A stretch of 64,000 nucleotides of DNA from Ylistrum balloti. Its lineage: Eukaryota. The notes beneath the pieces were generated by a model that saw only the letters and a list, made by a program, of their open reading frames with translations, made no database searches and was not told the origin of the DNA. Of the stretch, positions 26,835 through 39,525 are shown in pieces (position 1 is the stretch's first letter; each line of letters begins with the position of its first letter). The stretch covers positions 1,364,001 to 1,428,000 of the forward strand of contig NW_026782366.1 in NCBI RefSeq assembly GCF_031769215.1, read 5' to 3'. A program made the position numbers and the translations under genes.

Positions 26835-28460
26835 ATGCCAGCAAAACACTGCTGGGACATGTAACAGTGATTCGAGGTATGTGGGCAAAAGGCCTGACGC
26901 ATTGAAAGATGTTTTTTTTTTCATTCCTTTTCAAAACCGAAAACACAGCTTTCAAAATGTGAACGATGGGTGAGAGTTGTGGTCGAAAATTTTTCACTGT
27001 AGACGACGTCCATAAAGAAACATACATATGTTTTTGGTAATGGGCCTACAGATTCGCATCCTGATACTTTACCAGCCGTATCCACGGAATTAGAGAGAAA
27101 TTTATTGTCAAATAAGAAGAGAAAGCCCCCTGTTAATAGATCTGTACAAAGGGAGAGAACCCCCAGCTTGCAAAGAAACGGAAACTGTTTGAAGACAACA
27201 ACGACGATGAATCGCAGTTCACATTCGTAAAAGATCACGCATACTGCCGTCCTCAAACTGGTCATATTGATGATGGAGACAGTGAAAACCAGGATGTTAA
27301 ATGCATGTAGCCGTCTAAATCGGTTAGATGCATTAAGTGAAACCTTCAGGGTTTTAAAAGGGATTACGCTTCGCTCCGCCCCTTTCAAAACCCTGAAGAT
27401 TTCACTTAATACAATCTCACCTTTACATAGGAATTTAAGACGTTGTTTAACTTTTTGAATAATACTGGTCGCAATTTGCTTACCAGAGAGAACTTTATCG
27501 ATCACGAAACCAAGCTATTGAACTGAATATTGGGGTCAAGTTTGGTGCCTGTGGCAATCTCAAGAAAAATGTTCCTCGTGGAATTGATCTATACTATTCG
27601 TTGGGCCAAAGAAAATGTTCCACATTTTTATCGAGATGTAAGGATAATATGTTGTCCTTCAGCCAATCGTGACAGGTTTCTTAAACTTCGGAGAGTTTTG
27701 TTGAAATAATATCCATATTTTGATGAAAAAAGATGATGACACTAGTCTGTTATCAACATATAATAAAGGTCTGTATGATAAGTCAATACTAATTTTCATA
27801 TAATTAACATATGAAGACGGGCAATAAATCTTTATTGAGGAACTCCACAACGTACGTTACCGATAGATGACTTAACGTCGTTAATGTTAACCCACTGAGT
27901 TCTGTTTTTAAGATATGGTTTTAAGCATATTATCGATTCAACACCATTAATACTTTTTCTTCTTCTTTTTAATTTCAGCATGTTTTCTTGTCATGATTTT
28001 ACTGACAGAAGGAATTTGGCAACAGACATCGCCTCTACAAATATACACATCGGTCAAATAACGAATGAATACAGTGATAAATACTAAATACTAATTAATT
28101 TTCCTGACTCCATTAACTTTTGAAAAACGACGTGCACTGGTGTTTGGTACTGGTTGTGTAACAGAAAAGATGAGTTTTACCATTCAGACATAATTTCTAG
28201 GGGAAATCTGGTAATATATATTTCAGTTCTTGTTAGTGGAACATTGAAAAGTCTATTACGACGAAGAGGATATTGGTCAGTATTATTATAAGAAAAAAAC
28301 AGTATTAAAATATTTTGATAAAAGTGACGATGTTTCAAAAGGGGAAGTAAACCAGATTCTTTGTATAAGAAATTGTGACTTGTTTTCTAGTCTCAGGCCG
28401 GTAATTAAGAGTATTGTCTCAAGTTGGATTGACTTCACGGTACGTTCGGTACTATATCTG
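26835..28460 (+). mobile_element. Decayed THAP-domain DNA transposon remnant (ISL2EU/Harbinger-like), interrupted by a CR1 fragment
   Basis: Frameshifted peptide MPAKHC(W)..CNSDSRY..VFFFIPF..KCERWVR.CGRK..TYIC..GNGPTDSHPD (THAP-type C-C-C pattern) at 26835-27310. Downstream VSQA..IKSIVSSWIDF (28385-28440) resembles the HTH preceding DDE_Tnp_4 transposases. Confidence 0.65.
27415..27870 (-). mobile_element. CR1-like LINE reverse transcriptase fragment
   Basis: Minus-strand peptides YVNYMKISIDLSYRPLLYVDN (degenerate YVND..LLYADD), ETCHDWLKDNILSLHLDK and DKVLSGKQIATSIIQKVKQRLKFL. Confidence 0.75.
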
Positions 28461-28949
28461 CACATTCTGACACTAGACGAATGAATGTAGTATAAATTCC
28501 AATACTACTTAATTTGTAATACAGAATTGAATAATACATCACTTTTACTTAATTTACTTCCTAAAGCTAGACTCTGAAAGTTATAATAATTATTTAACTT
28601 TCAGTCCTACCCTTTATACATTAAAAGATGGCCCCGCGGCAGAATTCCACATAGCCCATTGTTACGATGGTAATTAATGACTGGACACAGATTAAAGTGT
28701 AGCTGCGCACTGACAGCCATGATGTTTCATCGACAACGATGATTGGACGTCGTTTGATGTTCGCCGCCACCACTGCGGTAATAGCATATAGTGAGGTCTA
28801 ATTTACGGAATCATGAAAATATACGGATATATCTTGAACTCGTGATAGCCACTTTAATGATGCCGTTAATTATTTCTGTTAAAGTTGTTTTTGTTTCATA
28901 ACTGGAAAAAGAAAGGTTTTATTGATAAACATATTTCTTTGATTTTATT

Positions 28950-31170
28950 ATATGGATAAATTTTGTTGAAGTATTTGCCGTGTTTGTTCGGTTAAAAATA
29001 GTGTGTCATCATTTCTGGTCATGAATATGAAAATGTTTCGGAATACAACAATTGTGCCATCAGCATACATCAATAGAAAGAGCGAAATATCTCTTAGATC
29101 CTTTCAAGATCGTTTACATACCTAGAATAAAGGAAGGGAGGTAACACTTGTTTCTCATACATAATTTTAAACCATCATGAAGGAACTTCAAAATAACTTA
29201 ACACTTTTCTCTTACTCCACTTCGATACAATTGCAAAACAATATATCTCTCTTAACACTGTCAAAAGTCTTGCGATAATCTACAAAACAGTATTATCGCT
29301 AACGTCATTTTGCAATTATTGGGGGTTTTTTTTATGATACCATGTAGAGCGAATATTACCTCATGGTGCCGTGACCAGGCTTAAAGCAGAATTGGGCATT
29401 AGGGATTATAAAATTGCTCAGACCATTTAGTAACCTTTTGTTTAAAACCCTGATCAATAATTTGGATAAACAACTTACCAACGATACCTCTATGATTGTT
29501 AGTGTCGTCAGGATCACCTTTCTTTAATAATGGAAAAAATATACGCTTTGAACTGGATGGAAGCTTCCCTTTATCCAAAATAATATTAAATGATTTTAAA
29601 AAGTACCGGAATAAACACTTCTTTAAATTGTTCAATGTAGTAGTGATACCGGGTGACTTACAAAGTTTGTTACTTTTTAAAGCGTCATCTTGGCTAATGG
29701 AATTATCTAATTCGTCATTCACAGGTACATTATCCTCATTGTCATCGTCAAAAACACCACCACCACTTACAACTTTAAATTGTTCAAGAAAGTCCGAAAG
29801 ATTCAGGATACTGAGGCAAGAACTAAAATTTCTTTTGAAATATTGGTAAAATAATTTATGATTTCTTCTTCGTAACTTACTAATACGGTCACCCTCTGAT
29901 CTGAAGTACCTACCTATAACAAGTTTTTCGTAACGTTTCTGTTAACGTTTTGATTCGACACCAGATGTTACATGGAGATTTATCAGTATTAAAGAAGGTA
30001 ACATTAGGTCTATAGGAAGTACAGTCGACTGCACTAATCATCAAACTAGGGCTTATAAACTAGACGCTTCTTTTTACAGACAGAACGAGTAACAGCTGGG
30101 TCTTACAACAAGGACTGAATACTTCACTTTGTACGAATGAGAAAACTTCAATTCCATAATCTATTGTAACTGTAGTGGACTGAATATCGTTGACAATGTC
30201 ATTTAATATATCGATGGTGCTATCTTAATTATTACCCATTTTCTCTCTGTCATCATTCGATTAGCACACACGTGCCTTCATAAAACTATTATCAATATGA
30301 TTAGGAATATTATTATCATCACACTCAAGTGAAATTGGTTAAAACACAGGTAAAATCGATGGGCGAATGATCAGACTATTAAAATCTCGCACAGTAAACT
30401 CGGTAATCAAATCAAATGCATCCTTTTCTATAAGACCATAGTCTATTATACTTGAACCAAAATGATTAAAGAATGCAAATTTAGCGGTGTCATCGCTGGG
30501 CGTTATATTATAACAGACCCAGTGACATCAGCAGATATACGATTAGGCATTCATTACATCACCAGCCTCATACTCAAATGCTTCAGAGACAGAATCCATA
30601 GGATCTCAAGTGCATTACAAATTGTACTGATAAGGTCTCCAGTTATAATAACGGTACCTAACAGTGAATAATATGAAATACCATCAAATAAGGTATCAAC
30701 AATATCAGTTTCATACAGGGTAAAGTAAATATTGTTATTGAGCGAAATGTACGAAAAACAGATTGACCCAAAGAAACGTATCTACTACATAAGAAGCAAT
30801 GGATACATCAATATTGTTTTTATTAAACAACACAAGGCATTCGCCTTTGCCCTTTTGTCGAGGAAATGTTAAAGATTTGAATTCGTTATAAATAAAATTT
30901 ATGTCCAAATCACTCTCTCTACCCAGCACTCCGACAAAAATAGTGACGTCAGAGTCCGATAAAATGTCCACAAAACCTGGGTCGGTAATTTTAAATTTGA
31001 GACTCTGGTTAACATTCCATGAACTAACTTTAACAAAGTTCACCTCCTGACAACCTTAACTACTTGATGTTCCAGCTCTGTTGGTCATTCCGAGGGGTGT
31101 AGCAGGGAAACGCCGTCTCCGTTTCCACCCATCCCCTCGGCTACTTTTCTATCAAGTTTGGACGCGATTT
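28950..31170 (-). mobile_element. Old, heavily decayed APE-RT LINE (same family as 31179-34860)
   Basis: EN motifs VKVSSWNVNQSLKFKITDPGF, VIITGDL and GSSIIDYGL. RT motifs LDNSISQDD, KKGDPDDTNNHRGI, VDYRKTFDSV and SLFLLMYADG. No C-terminal part is visible. Confidence 0.85.
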
Positions 31171-31178
31171 TGGTGATA

Positions 31179-34100
31179 TCAAATTCAAATTTCAAATTCA
31201 TTTATTGACATTGAGCTTTACAGCTCATCAGTATGTACACAATACATATAAATACAGAGGCAGGCAATGCAATACCGCAGTGGAGAATGGACAGAAAATG
31301 CATGTAGTTACATATATTTTAACATTATATCATGCTATTCCTCAACTGGGTGGCATCATATATATATTTACTTAACATAGTTAATTCTTTAAAGTTCGTT
31401 GTACTCAATAATTGTATCAGCTTGAAAACTGATGGTTTTTTCCAGTAATACAATTTTATACGTCTCTCTCTTAAAGCTTGATAAAATGGACAAATAAACA
31501 AAAAATGATATTCGTCTTCAATATCTTCAGAATTACAAATTCTGCATATACGTTCCTTTCTAACAATGTTTCGGTATCTCCCGGTTTCACTATACAGCAT
31601 ATGCGCTGATAAACGTAATCTAGTTAGAGCAATTCTATTTCGCTTTGGTATATATTTACATAAATATTGTTGCAATGTTAAATTATCAACTAAATGTCTA
31701 TACAAAAAACATTTCGAGGAATTCTCTAATATTTCAAACAATTCTTGCCGTGCATTATCAAAGATTCTCTGTTTAACAATTGGCAGGGCAACAGACGGGT
31801 TCACATTGTGTTGATTCAACCACACTTCGCCAAGACCGAGTAAAAAAAGTTTGTCTTTCACAAAAGTTACCCAATTAAAAACAGTATTTCGCTGTGGCAT
31901 ATACATGAGTTCATCATAAGCAGTTTTAAGAACACAGTTCTTAGTATTTAAAAGCTTGAACCAGTATTTAATTAAATTATAATGTCTGGTATGTACAATT
32001 GGAAATCTACCCAGTTCAAAATAGATCATTACATTGCATGTTGACTTCTTAACACATAATATCCTTTTGCAAAATTTCAGGTGAACTTTCTCAATATCTA
32101 TGCCTTTGCACGAGCCCCATACCTCAGATGGGTAACACAGTATACTGTTAACATATGTATCAAAAAGTTTAATCAAGGTATGGCAGTTTAAATTCAAATT
32201 TTTACATTTTGTATATAAGGCAAATACTGACTTTCGACCTTGCCCGGATAATTGCTTTTGTACAACATTAAATTTATTGTTCCATTTAAAAACGATACCT
32301 AAATAAGTAAACTGTTCAACGACTTCTAATTTGTTTCCATCGAAGAACCATTCCTCGTTATTACGTAAGCGGCCTCCATTTCTAAAGACAACAATCTTTG
32401 TTTTTGCCATGTTAACGGTCAATTTCCATGAATTCGCATATATAGACAAACTAATTAACATATTCTGTAGCTCATTGGCTTATTCTGCAAGTAGCACCAA
32501 ATCATCCGCATACATTAATAAAAAGAGACTGAGTTCTCCAAAATCATACGGCCTAATACCGTTAGCAATAAAGTCATTTTCAAAATCATTTACATACATT
32601 GAAAACATAATTGGGGATAAAATTTCCCCTTGGGCGAGACCCATATTGTTTACAAAAAAATCGGAACATCTCCCCTTAGATGAGACACATGTCTTAACTT
32701 TTTTATACATAGCTTTCAAAATTAATAACAGCCTTCCTCGAACTCCTAATTTTGACAATTTATACCACAATTTACAACGATCGACAGAGTCGAACGCTTT
32801 CTTGTAGTCAACAAAACAGCAATACAAACGTTTACTATCATTTAGAGATTTTGTAATAATGGCATGAAGCGCGAAAATGGCGTCAACCGTACTTGTTCCA
32901 GGACGAAAGCCAAACTGTGCATCTGTGATAATGTCATTCGCCTCCGACCAGTCTACTAGTCTTTTGTTCAGTACAGATGTAAAAAGTTTCGCCATACAGC
33001 TCAGGAGACTTATTCCACGATAATTATTAGGATCGTTTTTATCACCATTTTTAAACAACGGGACCATCACCGCTTTAGACCATTCTTCAGGGAAACATCC
33101 AGAGTTAAATACATTATTAAAAATAGTGTGTAAGGCTTGTAGTAAAATGTCACCAGCTTCAATAAAATATTCGTTTAATAAACCGTCTAAACCATGCGCT
33201 TTTTCACGTTTTAGATGCCTTATAGCGCTTTTAATTTCGTCCCTAGATATACTACGGTCAAGCTCATCAAAGACGGTGTTCATATCAACATTATCCTTTA
33301 AACGTTCATTATCCGGGGGGGTCAAGATTCATGGCTAAATCCTTGAAGTGATTAAAAAAGTCATCCAACGACACATTTGAAACATTGGATTTTGTAGTTG
33401 AGAATTTTTTATAAAATTACCGTGGATTGGTTTTCCGTAAGTGTTCCATCATATCTCCCTCGAACTTCCTATATTGCCTTTTACATGCGGCTTCAGAACG
33501 TTTGTATTCCCGTTTCCTTCTTATTAAAAGTTCATGGGTTACATCACATTTATTTCTATTAAAATTATTCAATGCAGTCAGGTATTCTCTCCTCAAAGCA
33601 CGCAACTGCCTGTCGAGCCAGGGCTTATTATCTTGGTGAACTCGTGCACGTGGAATGAATTTGTCCGATGACCTTGTCGCGCTGTCACGTGATGACCCGC
33701 GTGACCTCGTAGTAAACGGTGATAGTATTTGTAATAGTTCATGCGTGAATTTGTAAACACTGGAATTTATGGCCTCTTGTGTTGTCTCCCCGTCAATGGT
33801 AGCAACCTGATTAATCTTGTCTATATTTTCCCTGATTGCAACTAAGCATTGTACTTTACATTGTTCATTCCATTTATATGTTGGTCTACTTACACCAATT
33901 GACTCGTCTGTGATGGGCGCGTCCCGCGATACCCTCACACGTAGTTCCACGTGCAGGGGGGCGTGGTCAGAATATTCATTGAAGTTACATACAATAAAAG
34001 TTTTAATATGTGGGAAAAGTACAGGGTTCGCTATAAGATAATCAATTGTGCTCATGCCATTTGTACCAATAAAAGTAAAATCATTTGATAACTTTTCTGG

Positions 34101-34860
34101 GTCTCTGCCATTCAGTATCCTCAGACCTGTAGCTTTACACAAATTCAATAATCTTGTACCATATTCATTGCGGACATTGTCTGGGTTAATACGTTTATCC
34201 ATAATAACATCATTTTCATAATTAAAAAAAGTTACGTACATTTTGTTTCAAATTTTTAACCAAATCATCGTTTTCAATAAAGTCATCATCGTTTCGAGTT
34301 CTGCTATTAAAATCTCCAATCAAAATGACCTCACCCAAGTTTGAGTACTCGGCTATACGGAGGTTTCAATTTCAAAAAATAAATCACAATTATATTTTGC
34401 ATAATAATTTTATCTACTGGGCGGGATATAAACTCCTGCCATAAAGACATCTTTACTGTGTTCAAACATTACTTTGTCTAATCTTAACCATACAACTGGA
34501 TCATACAAAATTTTATCAACTGAAATATACTCCTTGTATTTTTCTCGTATTAAAACAACGATACCACCCCCTTGTGTATGATTTGACAATGTTCTTGGTA
34601 TACACATAGAATAGAAACCATTAATATCTAAGTTATAATCATTCGGTATCCAACATAGTTTGTAAATACTGGATCAGTTATTTTTGTACATAGACCTCCA
34701 TTGACATTCCATGATATTATCCGTAATTTACCATTCTCTGCGTGATCCTATTTACTGTCATCTGTAGTACGTTTGCCCGGCCCTTTGGAAGGTACTGATG
34801 ATGGTGATCGTACGGGTTGGTATGTTTTTGAGAGTTTTCCATGATACCCATACCTCAAGA
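31179..34860 (-). mobile_element. Younger APE-RT non-LTR retrotransposon (CR1/L2/RTE-X group), ORF2 nearly complete but disabled
   Basis: EN: KLRIISWNVNGG, GGGIVVLI, MSTIDYLI, SDHAPL. RT: PNNYRGISLLS, QFGFR, FVDYKKAFDSV, AQGEILSP, LLMYADD, YLGI. C-terminal RICRICNSEDIEDEYHFLFICP zinc knuckle. Stops at 33417-33419 and 32480-32482, a frameshift at the G7 run 33315-33321. 3' end has a tgagct-gtaa-agctca hairpin, AATAAA and a (tgaatt)-like tail. Confidence 0.93.
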
Positions 34861-36044
34861 AACATTTAGAAAAAAAGTACTGAAATTCGGCACTGACACC
34901 ATTTAATCAAATACAACCTTGCCAATTTCAAATAGTACAAGGAATCTGATCAACAGTGTATTGTGTAACTGACGCTTAATGTGAGGCTTTAGCTTAAAGA
35001 AGTTTTAACTATCTGTGCAGTAGGCTGCCGAAATAGTAAGGCTGGTTTGTTCATCAATGAGGCTTCGGAGTTCTGAGCCCAATGAACATCATCCATTTCA
35101 TCATATGCGTCGGCGGCGTTATAAGGGAGACTACCTTAAGTACAGAAATAGAGAAGAGCTAGGTTTGCTTGGTAGTACCTTACTGAAATTCGTTTTAATC
35201 AAAATCATTCTATAAAAAACGCTTATTTCTTGTCCGCAACAATTCACAGAAAAAAATATCAGTTACAAGATATACTTTACATCTTAAAACAACAGACTTA
35301 TGTATTTTATAATCTTCCTGAATTCGCCCATGTAATATTTTCGCGTATATTTCACAAATGTAAATGGGCATTTTCAACTGACTGCTCCAGTCAGAAGTCG
35401 ATTATGATGTCATAATATTGAAAATGGATTGGAAACGGTGGCTGCCTACTTTAAAGATGTATGAAACCCAAACGCCAAAACTTTCAAAAATGTAACTTTT
35501 GTTCTGGTGAAGGTTTCATTAAATGTTATATGATAGCAAGTAATTTAAAAGAAAAAATATCGCTGCAGTTCTTTTGAAAACTCATTTAAAGTCCACATGT
35601 AAGCTTATATGTTATTTATATACGCATGCTTTTGAGACCGGACATGTATTTGTAAAGTAACAACGCACATGAACAAATATTTGCAACACCAGTCTTGAGA
35701 TGTTCCGTGTAAACAGGGACGACGGGGGCCACAAACTCTCACACATTTATGGTCAAGTGTTAACCAAAGCGTAGCCAAATCGGTTACATTACATTGTTAC
35801 CATCTAGTGTATTTTTTTCTTTAATATGCCTACCATCTCGGCACGCTGTTTTCGATCTTAACGTACATAGGATAATAGTGCAACCAAAAACGTTGGTCGA
35901 TTTCTTAACATCTCGTACACTATGTACATCAGTGCTAGTACGCTTCAAGCTGATCATTTGTCTAATGAATGTGGCCTTGTAGTAATTGAAACGTCGCTCT
36001 CAAATCTTCTACTGGTTATTAGATCTTTTCACCATTTGGTGAAA

Positions 36045-37860
36045 AGACCTATTGTTTTTGTTATGTTTCTTATTATTATTATTTTTCTTCCGAACTTTGT
36101 GGGTTCGTAATCTTTTAAACGGTAAAGACCACACCTAATATGTATTAACTATGTTATAGGTACATACTGGAAGGTGACGATGCAGATTTTTTAAGTAGGT
36201 CAAAAATCCAATATGGCCGCTATGACGTCATAAGTTAAAAACTTTAAAACGGCCGTAACTCGAAAACCGTTGCGTGTACAGAGTTTGTCCGATTATGTTA
36301 TTTGTAGACAATTTCCTTATCTAACTTTTCCCCGTGCCATTATAATACAAAATATGTCTAATAAAAAAGCTCGCTGCGGGGTCAATATTTGAAAATTTGA
36401 AAACAAAATTATTTTTCTTTCAATTTTGATTTTTCTTGAAAATTTCTTAAACACATCGATGCAGAATGTCCTTCCGATGAATTTAGTGATTTTAGTTTTT
36501 CTGTAACGTTTACCACTTCCGTTGTATGCCATTTTGAAAATTTCCTTTGATCTTTTAAAAATGCCGACAATTTGGAAAAACTCGATCTAGATCTTTACCA
36601 ACGGGCTTTCTTTGGAATAATTTATATCAGAAAGGTTTCCCCAGATGTCCTCTACCATTTAGTGTCATTTACAAAATTATTAGAAAAACAAAATGGCCGC
36701 TATGACGTCATATCCGATTTTACCTAAAATGCCGTAACTCAAGAACTCTTTCAGCTAGTGACCTCAGTTTTGACCATATTATGTAAAATAATAAGAAAAC
36801 ACTTTTCACAAGAAAAAAACTGGGATCAAAGGTCAACTTCCGGTCTTCGGTAAGGGTCAAAGTTCAAAAGTGTTATTTTAAGTTACAAACTTTGACAAAC
36901 TTCTTCTCAAGTTCTGAAAGGCCTAGAGGCTCTATATTTCACACATATGAAGCATATGTAACTGGCAACGAAGTTTGATAACATAAATGACCTTGACCCA
37001 TTTTCAAGGTCACAGATGTCAATTAACTAAAAATCGTTAAACGACAGTTTCTCACATTCTAGAAGGCACACAAAGATGAAAATTGATTATAAACCTTCTG
37101 TGGGCACTTCCAATTGATTGTCATAAGAAAAACTTCCCTAAAAGTTCAACTTCTGGTTTTCGGTAGGGCACAAATTCGGAAAGAGCTATTTACGGTACCA
37201 ATCTTTGAAAAACTTCTTCTCAAGTTCTGGAAGGCCTAGAGGCTTGATATTTCATATACAAGAAGGATATGTAACTGGCAACAAAGTTTGATAATATAAA
37301 TGACCTTGACCCATTTTCAAGGTCACAGATGTCAATTAATCGTTAAATGAAAGTTTCTCAATTTCTAGAAGGCATACAATGATGAAAATTGATTATAAAC
37401 CTTCTGTGGACACTTCCTAGTGATTGTCATTAGGAAAACCTCCAGCAAAATGTCAACTTCCGGTTTCCGATAGGGGTCAAAGTTCAAATATACAAAATAG
37501 GGTACCAGTGTTCAACAATCTTCTTGTCAAGTTTCACAAGGTCTAGAGAACTAATATTGGGGATGTAATGATCATCAGATGTTACATTATAAGGCTTGCA
37601 AATATGAATAACCTTGACAGACATTCAAGGTCACAGGGGTCAAATATGTTTGAACCTTTAGAAAGTGTATTTCCTCGTTATTATGTAGTTATATCTCATT
37701 AACGTTTCAAGATAAAAATTTCATCTTTGGATATGTTGTAGAGACTAATAAACAATGAATCTTTCTCATATATCGTTATCAGGATAAATGTCAACTTCCG
37801 GTCAACTTGTCGTCAAAGGAGTGCAAAGCCCGCCAAATTGTTAACAACAATTTCTAGTTT
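36045..37860 (+). mobile_element. HINE-like element with ~310-bp internal tandem repeats
   Basis: 5' gacctattgtttttg plus (tta)n microsatellite. About three ~310-bp units (36830-37800) containing tgaccttgacccattttcaaggtcacag. 3' hairpin aaattgtt-aac-aacaattt. Confidence 0.85.
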
Positions 37861-39525
37861 TAAAATAATGTTCATCCTACAGATATTACCAACCTGGAGA
37901 AAATGTTCCGAAATATCATCAGTACATAAATTCAACTTTTCATCTTAATTTTAGCCGAGCCCAAAGTGTTTCTTTTCTAGCTGTAGGATTACTCCTTATT
38001 TATTTCAATATGTTTCAGTGTACCAGTAGATTTGCAGTTCCTATTTGACAAGTATGTGATCACATATCAAACGAAAAAGAATTTAATATCTATTTTATCG
38101 CATTATCTGAACCTGACGTCACTTTTGTGATGATATAACCATTTAAGATTTTTAGAATTTGTCATTTACTTTTAGCTTGTTTGATGTCATTTCCATTTTG
38201 GATCACTGTGTGTTTCACCAGTTGATGACCCTAAGTGGCCTTTTATGAGATGACGGGCCGTTAAGATTGTATCAATAATAGTAACGTTATTATTACACGT
38301 TTGAACCAGGGAAGATATCACATGGGTATATTAACTAGATAATAAGGCGACCCCGCATGTTTTGATAGATAAAGGATATTACACGAGTCGGTCGATTTAA
38401 TATGGAATCATCAAATAATATGCTACGAACCTTAAGGCGAATAACATACTGTATATTTGTATATCAAATTATATCATGACTTTGATAAATTATATCTATT
38501 GTATCGGCATCAACTGCAAGATTCTATTTATCATACATGACTCGTAACTAAGTTTCGGAAAAATAAGCGAAAACTCTTAAATGATTTTCCTCTACAGTAA
38601 GACAAGCTTATTTCGACACGGACGATGCGTTTATTGACTATCGAAACAACCGTGTTATGTTATTAAGACGCGACTCAAACGTTATCTCAAGTACACTAGT
38701 GTCATTATACATGTCTCTAACAATATCTGTAACATATTCGTGTATGGCATGACTCAACAGGTCAGTCGTGTAATTAAGTATTGTATCACTTAACTGATTT
38801 AGACCCGTGCTGGTTATATATGATATGATATACATTTATAACTAACCAGTGACGTATATAGAGTAACATAATAATTCATTGGTATTAAACGTCCCTGTGT
38901 AAAAACAAATCACATCATATTACAATTTCGGGTTTAAAAAATAGTCCGAGTTACATAACATTAATTATCTACGTCCCTGAGTAAACAGGTAAGTTATTGA
39001 ATACAGATCAAGTGTGCTAAACGGAACGAATATATCTCCACGTAACGCATGAACCGAAAGTAGTTAAATTTACATGCATGGCTGATCTCAGTAGGTGGCG
39101 TTACACTGTTGCAGCTCTCTAGATTTGCCATCCATGTGATGATCGAATCCGCAGTGTTCCGAATGGTGTACAGAGAAGCACACAAAGCGCAATGGATAAA
39201 CCAGCTGGGAGCGTAAGTGATATTTTTTTCGGGAATCAAATGATTACATGATAATAATACTGTATTTATAACATAATCCTGGTGATTTTGGTATTCTTAA
39301 TCAGGATATTGAAGTAATTTTCAGAATCCGCACTGATTTCATGTTGTAAAACTGGATTTTCGAACTCGGTTTCAACTCAAGGGAAAATGCCGTTTGCTTG
39401 CGTACAAAAATAACGAACGAAGATGACAGTAATTTTATGTTTGTGTGTATTTAGAACTTCTACCTTGATTTCCATCTTTTGGTTGGCATTAATTTGCTAA
39501 AGTCTTGCTTCATCGAGTCGCCGCC

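Noticed and set aside
26921-27505. 194-aa minus-strand ORF
   Set aside because: Chimeric: only its first ~25 aa are CR1 RT. The rest is read through the hairpin and antisense to the THAP remnant.
35040-35095. SECIS-like hairpin
   Set aside because: It lacks the unpaired AA loop and correct quartet spacing, and no selenoprotein UGA is nearby.
34985-35138. Minus-strand terminal exon (GSLPYNAADAYDEMDD...)
   Set aside because: The acceptor is good, but neighbouring minus-strand exon candidates contain stops in all frames, so no gene model could be built.
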